Virus record (IMG/VR): IMGVR_UViG_3300032047_002388
Coordinates: 1 to 64,000 of that record
DNA: 64,000 nt
Source of the DNA: a virus
Reading direction: 5' to 3' (one strand)
The position numbers were made by a program, and so were the translations under genes. The notes under the pieces were generated by a model. The model searched no databases. It saw only the letters and a program-made list of their open reading frames with translations, and was not told the origin of the DNA. Numbering within the stretch: position 1 is the first letter of the stretch; each line of letters starts with the position of its first letter. This document shows positions 57,392 to 64,000 of this stretch, one piece after another.

Positions 57392-58288
57392 ATGAATTTA
57401 GGATACGCTTGTATTAATATGACATTGGGTAAACAAAAACCCAAAATCACAACAAATAGAAGTATGATTAAACGTACCTTCTTAGAGAAGGGTGTTGATT
57501 ATGCTGGTGAACTATCTTTACAAAATGTTAGAGATTTACATTCCATCTTAGAATGGAACAACAACAATGGAATCAAATGTTTCAGAATATCATCTGATAT
57601 ATTTCCATGGGCTTCAGAGTATGGTATTGAAAACTCACCATACTACAAACGAATTCAAACAATACTTCAGGCATGTGGTAACTACGCAACCAAACATGGT
57701 ATTCGTATTACAGCACATCCTGGTCCTTTCAATGTACTTGTATCTCCAAGAGAGAATGTTGTACAGAATACAATTACTGATTTAGAGATACATGGTAAAG
57801 TATTCGATATGTTAGGATTATCTCGTACACCTTACAACAAACTAAACATACATTGTAATGGTGTCTATGGTGATAAGATTTCTGCTATGGATAGATTCTG
57901 TAAGAACTTTGAGAAACTATCACCAGCAGTACAAGGAAGGTTAACAGTAGAGAATGATGATAAAGCATCTATGTACTCAGTAAAAGATTTGATGTACATA
58001 CATGAACGTATTGGTATTCCTATTGTATTTGATTATCATCACCACAAGTTCAACACAGGTGGTTTATCAGAACAAGAGGCACTTGAATTGGCAATCTCTA
58101 CATGGCCAAAAGATATCAAACCAATTGTTCACTACTCAGAATCAAAAGCATTACACGAAAGTAATGATAAAGTAAAACCACAGGCTCATTCTGATTACAT
58201 CAATGAGTTACCTAACTTATATGGTAACGATGTAGATGTTATGGTAGAAGCCAAGGCAAAAGAATTATCTATATTACCATTTATATAA
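57392..58288 (+). CDS. uvsE: UV damage endonuclease
   Basis: LGYACIN, FRISS, HPGPF, ENDD, FDYHHH, HSDY, VEAKAKE. Confidence 0.92.
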   Translation: MNLGYACINMTLGKQKPKITTNRSMIKRTFLEKGVDYAGELSLQNVRDLHSILEWNNNNGIKCFRISSDIFPWASEYGIENSPYYKRIQTILQACGNYATKHGIRITAHPGPFNVLVSPRENVVQNTITDLEIHGKVFDMLGLSRTPYNKLNIHCNGVYGDKISAMDRFCKNFEKLSPAVQGRLTVENDDKASMYSVKDLMYIHERIGIPIVFDYHHHKFNTGGLSEQEALELAISTWPKDIKPIVHYSESKALHESNDKVKPQAHSDYINELPNLYGNDVDVMVEAKAKELSILPFI

Positions 58289-58294
58289 CAACAT

Positions 58295-58459
58295 ATGGAA
58301 CGAGAAGAAAGAATGTACAAATCTCATTTGGCAAGAAAGAAAAGAAAAGAAACCAAAGAGGTTGTAGATAAAGTAGAAAAGAGAAAAAACGCTGATGCTA
58401 AAAATCTAAAAAAGAAATATAAGAAGATTAAAGATAGACATCACGATAATAAACTATAA
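58295..58459 (+). CDS. small very basic protein (54 aa)
   Basis: own translation, K/R-rich. Confidence 0.5.
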   Translation: MEREERMYKSHLARKKRKETKEVVDKVEKRKNADAKNLKKKYKKIKDRHHDNKL

Positions 58460-58460
58460 A

Positions 58461-58610
58461 ATGAAAGAAAAAAAAGTTAGACAGTACAGAAGTAGACAAG
58501 GTAGGAGTGATAAACAATATGAATCTAATCTGAAAGCCATGACATATGGTTGTATAGGTCTCTTGGCCATACTAACTAGTATAATCATTTATGGAGTAGT
58601 AACAACATGA
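58461..58610 (+). CDS. small membrane protein (49 aa)
   Basis: RQGRS motif then a C-terminal TM; ATGA-coupled to thyA. Confidence 0.55.
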   Translation: MKEKKVRQYRSRQGRSDKQYESNLKAMTYGCIGLLAILTSIIIYGVVTT

Positions 58611-59515
58611 ATACATTAGATAAACAATATCAAGGGATTCTCAGAAAACTAATAATGTATGGTCAAGAGAAACCCGATAGGACTGGAACTGGTACTCTAT
58701 CCTATTTCGGAGAACAAATAAGACATGATATGAGTAAAGGGTTTCCACTTCTTACAACAAAGAAAATGGCAGTCAAAACAATGATGACTGAATTGAAGTG
58801 GTTCTTGAAAGGAGATACTAATATCAAATATTTGGTTGATAATGGATGTAATATCTGGAATGGTGATGCTTATAAACGATATGCAGATATTGAATGCAAT
58901 CCACCTCATGACCATTCGTTATCACAAAAAGAGTTTGTTGATAAAATTAAAACCGATGATGAGTTTGCAAAAGTATGGGGAGAACTAGGTCCTATCTATG
59001 GTAAACAATGGAGAAATTGGTTTGGTTATGATGAAAATATTAACCATATTAGAGTTGACCAAATAGAACAACTGATTAAAAATATAAAAGAAAATCCAAA
59101 TAGTAGAAGATTAATGGTAAGTGCATGGAACGTTGGGGAATTAGATAAGATGGTATTACCTCCTTGTCATTATGGATTCCAATGTTATGTAAACGATGGT
59201 AAACTTTCACTTATGTGGAATCAAAGAAGTGTTGATACTTTCTTAGGATTACCATTTAACATTGCATCTTATGGAATGTTATTACTTTTACTATGTGAAG
59301 AGACTGGATTAAAACCAGGCGAACTAATCGGTTCATTAGGTGATGTACATTTATATAAAAATCACTTAGAACAAGCACACGAACAAATTAAAAGAGATTC
59401 TTTTAAATTACCAACTATTGATTTAAGTAATGTAAATATATTAGAAGGTGAATTTGATTATTCTATTATTGATTACGAATCACATCCAACAATTAAAGCA
59501 CCACTATCGAATTGA
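58607..59515 (+). CDS. thyA: thymidylate synthase
   Basis: DRTGTGT, GPIYGKQWR, LPPCH, QRSVD..LGLPFN. Confidence 0.95.
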   Translation: MNTLDKQYQGILRKLIMYGQEKPDRTGTGTLSYFGEQIRHDMSKGFPLLTTKKMAVKTMMTELKWFLKGDTNIKYLVDNGCNIWNGDAYKRYADIECNPPHDHSLSQKEFVDKIKTDDEFAKVWGELGPIYGKQWRNWFGYDENINHIRVDQIEQLIKNIKENPNSRRLMVSAWNVGELDKMVLPPCHYGFQCYVNDGKLSLMWNQRSVDTFLGLPFNIASYGMLLLLLCEETGLKPGELIGSLGDVHLYKNHLEQAHEQIKRDSFKLPTIDLSNVNILEGEFDYSIIDYESHPTIKAPLSN

Positions 59516-61638
59516 TACAACCAAGTAGAAAAGAAGAAAAGAACGATAAACACAGATATCATACTCACTTATATGTAGGGGGAACTTCTGTCACTAAAGG
59601 TGGTGGATTTGAAAACAACCGAACAGATATAAGACCACTATATAAAGAAAAGTATAATATCGATTTACCTGATATAGAATTTTGTAGTTACGCATCTGTA
59701 CTTGCATCTAATCTTGGTGTTAGTGGACTTACAAATGATGCAAAATGTGGTAGTGGTACAAAAAGAATAATAAGAAAGGCAACTGAGTTTATAGTAAATA
59801 CTGAATACGATAATCGAGTAGACCTTGATAAACATTATACATATCATTTTGAGTTTCAACCTGGTATAAGAGATGATGTTTGGTTTTCTAAAGAAAATGA
59901 ATATGGTATTTGTAACGCAAGTTGGAATGATAGAGATAAACGTTATCAGTTTTCACTTGTTAAAGAATGGTTTACTGAAGAAGAAACAAACCAACGATAT
60001 GATGAAACATATGGTGAGGACTATCAAAAGTATATTGATAATCATTTTGATGAAGTAGAGTATCACAAAAATGAATCAAGGATGATAATGAACTTTATTG
60101 GGTGGTTGGATTCATTACCATTAAGAAAGTATTATACATTTTCAATTGGACACTTTGACAATTGTTACTACATAACTGAAGAAGGTGAAAGAAAAGATAT
60201 GAGAGAACATCCTAGATGTATAAACAGATATTTGGATGGTAAGGATTTGTGGAACTATGCACACGATATGAAATGGTTAATATCAGATGAAGTAGATAAC
60301 GATGATAATCATATAGGATATTTTGGTTCAAGAAAAATAGGAAACAAACTTACTAGTATATTCGCAGAATTAACTAAATTGGGCCCATTGTTTGGTGAAT
60401 ATAAAATTCAACCAAAAACTGAAATACAATTTTGCTCACCATTTGAGGATTATTGTCCTGCAATTGCTGATGTAGTACCTCATTTAAAAAATATAAACTT
60501 TAAACAAGTACCTGCAGATAATTGTAAACTATTATGTATAGAACACGATAACTTACATCAAGGAACTGAATTTTATGAATTTAAACATTACTATGAAGAT
60601 ATACAAAAGATAGTAAAAAATAATGGAGGTAAAATGTTTTTATCTATTAGACAAGAATCATTCCAAGATATTGTAGAAGAATCAATTTATAAAGTTTGTT
60701 GTGATGAATGGGGATGGGATAAGAGTGATATCATAATACTAGATTGTAATATAAACAGAGCAGATTTAAGTTTACTAATGAAAACATATCAAGATGACCC
60801 AATAGTAATTCCAGAATCTCCAGTTCCTTTAAGTGCATATTTTCATGACGCGTGGACATTAAAACAACCTCAACCAAGAAGATTTAACTTTAGTATGTTA
60901 ATAAACAAAGAAACATCTTTTAGAATTGGTGCACTAGATAAATTATTTAAACATGGAATACCTAGTGATTCTTTATTTACGTTGAGGGCAATACCACAAG
61001 ATTTTGAAGATATACAATCGTTATCAAATTATGAATTAGAAAATATCGATAACATAAAATTAATCAGAGGGAAATCAGTAGAAGATTATTATCCATTAAG
61101 TGAATCAGAAAAGTTTGACGAGTATTTAAGAACAAATCAAACCATATACAACTCTGTTATAAAAACATACAAAGATTCCCATTTTAATATTATATTGGAA
61201 ACTTCTATGATGGCACATGAAAGTAAAAAAGATATATTTAATCATGTATCAGAAAAAACATTAATTCCAATATTATGTGGTTGTTTGGTATTTTCAGTAG
61301 TACCTGGTATTAACTATCAGATAATGGAAGATAAATGGGGATTGAATTTTTCTTACTTGAAAGAGTTTGGTATTTCTGATTATAGAACAAATACACTAGA
61401 AGAACAAATGTCCGAGTTATCAAAAATAGGTATATGGGCAAACGAAAATGGTGGAGATTCTTTATTTAGATTACATAAAAAATATCATGATATCATAACT
61501 GATAATTATCGAGTTTTAGAAAATGCACTATTTACTGATAAAACCGAAGAAACTCTTATACAGATTTTAAACCATCATAAAGAGTATTCAACACAAGAGA
61601 GACCAAAACAAAAATTTTACGCCAATGAAGAAGTATAA
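59512..61638 (+). CDS. fusion of SGNH-like and glycosyltransferase-like domains
   Basis: N-half GGTSVTKGGG...DNHIG; C-half FNIILETS...SEKTLIP. Confidence 0.6.
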   Translation: MIQPSRKEEKNDKHRYHTHLYVGGTSVTKGGGFENNRTDIRPLYKEKYNIDLPDIEFCSYASVLASNLGVSGLTNDAKCGSGTKRIIRKATEFIVNTEYDNRVDLDKHYTYHFEFQPGIRDDVWFSKENEYGICNASWNDRDKRYQFSLVKEWFTEEETNQRYDETYGEDYQKYIDNHFDEVEYHKNESRMIMNFIGWLDSLPLRKYYTFSIGHFDNCYYITEEGERKDMREHPRCINRYLDGKDLWNYAHDMKWLISDEVDNDDNHIGYFGSRKIGNKLTSIFAELTKLGPLFGEYKIQPKTEIQFCSPFEDYCPAIADVVPHLKNINFKQVPADNCKLLCIEHDNLHQGTEFYEFKHYYEDIQKIVKNNGGKMFLSIRQESFQDIVEESIYKVCCDEWGWDKSDIIILDCNINRADLSLLMKTYQDDPIVIPESPVPLSAYFHDAWTLKQPQPRRFNFSMLINKETSFRIGALDKLFKHGIPSDSLFTLRAIPQDFEDIQSLSNYELENIDNIKLIRGKSVEDYYPLSESEKFDEYLRTNQTIYNSVIKTYKDSHFNIILETSMMAHESKKDIFNHVSEKTLIPILCGCLVFSVVPGINYQIMEDKWGLNFSYLKEFGISDYRTNTLEEQMSELSKIGIWANENGGDSLFRLHKKYHDIITDNYRVLENALFTDKTEETLIQILNHHKEYSTQERPKQKFYANEEV

Positions 61639-62095
61639 AGTAATTTTAATTAGTGGTGGGTTTGACCCAGTCCACAAAGGACATATAGAATGTATCCAAA
61701 ATGCTAAGAAGTTAGCAGATGAAGTTTGGATAGGATTAAACAACGATAGTTGGTTAAGGAGAAAGAAAGGTAAATCTTTTATGAAAGAAGGTGAACGAAA
61801 GTTTATCATGGAATCATTAAGAGATGTGGATTATGTTTATGTAATGAATCCACTCATACATGGAGATGATACAGCAATTGATTTCATTGACCATGCAAAA
61901 CACAAATGGCATTTTGAAAAGAGAGGTGAGTTAGAAGGTAATGTAGCATTTGGTAATGGGGGAGATAGAACAGAAACAACTACACCAGAGAATGATGTAT
62001 GTAATTCATATGGAATAGAATCAGTATGGGGATTGGGAGATAAAGTACAATCTTCATCATGGTTATTAGAAAAATATTTAAATATAGCAGAATGA
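61625..62095 (+). CDS. cytidylyl/adenylyltransferase (RfaE domain II-like)
   Basis: SGGFDPVHKGH, GLNND, FGNGGDR, SSS. Confidence 0.85.
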   Translation: MKKYKVILISGGFDPVHKGHIECIQNAKKLADEVWIGLNNDSWLRRKKGKSFMKEGERKFIMESLRDVDYVYVMNPLIHGDDTAIDFIDHAKHKWHFEKRGELEGNVAFGNGGDRTETTTPENDVCNSYGIESVWGLGDKVQSSSWLLEKYLNIAE

Positions 62096-62712
62096 CAAAA
62101 ATAGTACAAGATGTAAGTAAGTTAAAAACTCCACTTACAAAATTACCAAAAAACAAACAAGAACAAGATGTGTTATCAGCAGCATTGATGACATCACTAA
62201 CAAAACATAAAGGGTTCGGATTATCAGCAAATCAAATCGGAGTTGATAAACGAATTTGTGTTGTAAATGTAAAAGACCCGTTAGTACTTGTAAACCCTCG
62301 TATAACGAATAGAAGTGAAGATGGTATAGTTTATATCGAATCATGTCTATCGTTACCTAAAACAATGACTAAACCAAGATATACTGTACGTTCGCAAACA
62401 ATTACAGTAGAAACAGATAACTTGGGAACAATTGAGTTTGGACCAGATGAACCAAAGAAGATTGGAACTAAAGACCATAATTATTTTGGAGATGAGGGAT
62501 TATTAGAATGTGTTGTTGCTCAACACGAAATCGACCACCTAGATGGTATTTTGATAACAGATGACGTTAGAAAATACGATAGAACTATACGAAGTGAAAA
62601 GAAGTATGGTAGAAACGACAGAGTAATGGTTAAGTTATCAGATGGTACAACTGAGTTTATGAAATACAAAAAAGCAGAACCATTACTAGCCAAAGGTGCA
62701 GAAATTCTGTAA
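62092..62712 (+). CDS. def: peptide deformylase
   Basis: GFGLSANQ, ESCLS, QHEIDHLDG; start moved to ATG 62092. Confidence 0.92.
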   Translation: MTKIVQDVSKLKTPLTKLPKNKQEQDVLSAALMTSLTKHKGFGLSANQIGVDKRICVVNVKDPLVLVNPRITNRSEDGIVYIESCLSLPKTMTKPRYTVRSQTITVETDNLGTIEFGPDEPKKIGTKDHNYFGDEGLLECVVAQHEIDHLDGILITDDVRKYDRTIRSEKKYGRNDRVMVKLSDGTTEFMKYKKAEPLLAKGAEIL

Positions 62713-62753
62713 TTGTAGAGAAATCTATATTTAGAGATACGCGTTAGTTATTT

Positions 62754-62808
62754 GCAAAAATAATTGAAAAAAGCCTTGGAGCTTTGTAAAATTATTGTTA
62801 TATTAGCT
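62754..62808 (+). promoter_or_regulatory. conserved early-type promoter repeat (TTGGAGCTTT allele)
   Basis: GCAAAAATAATT...GCCTTGGAGCTTT...TATATTAGCT. Confidence 0.75.
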
Positions 62809-62833
62809 AATATAATCAAAAGGAGTAATCCCT

Positions 62834-63433
62834 ATGAGAAAACAAATAATATTTACGTTAGTAGTTTCACTACTATCGTTTGGAATGATAGATTCCGCAG
62901 TAACACAATCTGATAACAATCAACCAACAATTGAACAGTTAGAAGAAGAAAAAAAGATTCAAGAGTTAGAATTAAAAAGACTCGAAGAAGAAAGAATCAA
63001 AAAATATCACGAGGATGAACTTAATAGATTCCTAAATGATATAGGATTCAGAGAAAGTGGTAACAGATATGATATCACAAACAAATGGGGATACATGGGT
63101 AAGTATCAATTTGGAAAATCAACTCTGAAAGGATTAGGATTCAAAGTAAGTAAAAACGAATTCCTAAATAACCCAAAACTACAAGAAGAAGCAATGATGG
63201 CTTTATTACTACACAACAAAGAAAAACTTCAAAAGTATATCGATGTATTTGATGGACAAACTGTTAATGGTATGTACATCTCAGAGAGTGGAATATTGGC
63301 AGCAGCACATCTTGGAGGACAAGGGTCTGTTAAAAGATACTTCAGAAATGGTAAAGTATTCAAAGATGGATTCGGAACAAAAATCACTTCTTACATGGAT
63401 AAGTTTAGTGGTTATGATATAAAATTAAATTAA
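62834..63433 (+). CDS. exported lysozyme-like / lytic transglycosylase
   Basis: signal anchor; RESGNRY...GKYQF...AAAHLGG. Confidence 0.7.
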   Translation: MRKQIIFTLVVSLLSFGMIDSAVTQSDNNQPTIEQLEEEKKIQELELKRLEEERIKKYHEDELNRFLNDIGFRESGNRYDITNKWGYMGKYQFGKSTLKGLGFKVSKNEFLNNPKLQEEAMMALLLHNKEKLQKYIDVFDGQTVNGMYISESGILAAAHLGGQGSVKRYFRNGKVFKDGFGTKITSYMDKFSGYDIKLN

Positions 63434-63437
63434 AGTT

Positions 63438-63722
63438 ATGTTAGAATTATTTACAACCTATAACATTGTTATAGCAGTTTTGAGTATCCTTATAATTGGT
63501 TTAGTAATCGGTATAAGGAATTTAAATATACAAAACGAACAGTATCAAGATTACATCGAAGAGGAATTAGTAAAAACAGAACAACTCAGAATCAAAGTTG
63601 AAAAGGCCTATGATAGAATGCAAGATGCAGATATTAGGGGTTCATTTGAATCTGATGATGAAGTTGGTTCAGCCTTTTCGGAATTAAAAGAAATAATTGA
63701 AGAATTAAATAAAACCATATAA
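63438..63722 (+). CDS. membrane-anchored coiled-coil protein
   Basis: N-terminal TM; FESDDEVG motif. Confidence 0.7.
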   Translation: MLELFTTYNIVIAVLSILIIGLVIGIRNLNIQNEQYQDYIEEELVKTEQLRIKVEKAYDRMQDADIRGSFESDDEVGSAFSELKEIIEELNKTI

Positions 63723-63723
63723 T

Positions 63724-64000
63724 ATGCCAATAAAAAAGAAGAGAAGAAAAAAATCCAAAATGTATTTTGGTACTCCTGCACAAGAAGCAATCATAGAGTA
63801 CAATAAATCTAAAGACCCTAAGGAGAGGAACGAGATTTACAAAACAAGAATTAAGTATCCATTTGAGAAACTTGCAGAGAATGTTTTAAATACATTTAAG
63901 TTTACTTACTTTGATGTACCAAAAAGAGATATACAAACAGAAGTGGTATCTACTATGGTAGAAAAAATTCATATGTTCAAAGAAGGCAAGGGTAAGGCAT
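63724..64000 (+). CDS. probable phage sigma factor (T4 gp55-like), truncated by the window end
   Basis: own translation MPIKKKRRKKSKMYF...EAIIEYN...FEKLAENV..TFKFTYFD...EKIHMFKEGKGKA resembles sigma region 1.2/2. Confidence 0.6.
   Translation, partial: MPIKKKRRKKSKMYFGTPAQEAIIEYNKSKDPKERNEIYKTRIKYPFEKLAENVLNTFKFTYFDVPKRDIQTEVVSTMVEKIHMFKEGKGKA

Noticed and set aside
12694-62808. Dispersed 50-65 bp repeats as CRISPR repeats or IS ends
   Set aside because: Not regularly spaced, no spacers, cas or transposase genes; always directly upstream of + strand genes, so promoters
1341-63790. Minus-strand and nested alternate-frame ORFs in the track (e.g. 1565-1819, 10143-10634, 38750-39169)
   Set aside because: They overlap well-supported + strand genes, lack motifs and look like shadow ORFs
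1-64000. Stop-codon reassignment
   Set aside because: Genes are full length under code 11, and TAA, TAG and TGA all terminate recognisable proteins

Overview
AT-rich, very gene-dense 64 kb segment in which essentially every credible gene lies on the + strand and all three standard stop codons are used. Gene content (PhoH, ThyA, dCMP deaminase, MetK, UvsE, peptide deformylase, Hsp20, MoxR/vWA pair, two tRNAs, putative lysis genes, and a probable late sigma factor running off the right end) fits a large T4-like/jumbo bacteriophage. Promoter shape, scarcity of Shine-Dalgarno sites and DUF4494-like and lipoprotein genes suggest a Bacteroidota host (inference). A large share of the genes are sugar or surface-modifying enzymes: SGNH-like, GT-like, sulfotransferase-like, 2OG-Fe(II) oxygenases, methyltransferases, APS kinase and an amidinotransferase. 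The strongest leads are: (1) a 784-aa protein with an ATP-grasp-like head and three tandem Hint domains joined by tiny linkers; (2) a shared C-terminal aliphatic dipeptide tag on many unrelated modification enzymes; (3) two probable structured non-coding RNAs, one pseudoknotted, in a gene-poor island at 27.1-28.7 kb; (4) a TGACA-N3-TGTCA palindrome linking that island to the hsp20 promoter; (5) two promoter classes, with Shine-Dalgarno sites concentrated on late/lysis genes. All functional calls come from motifs recognised by eye; no database search or folding program was run.
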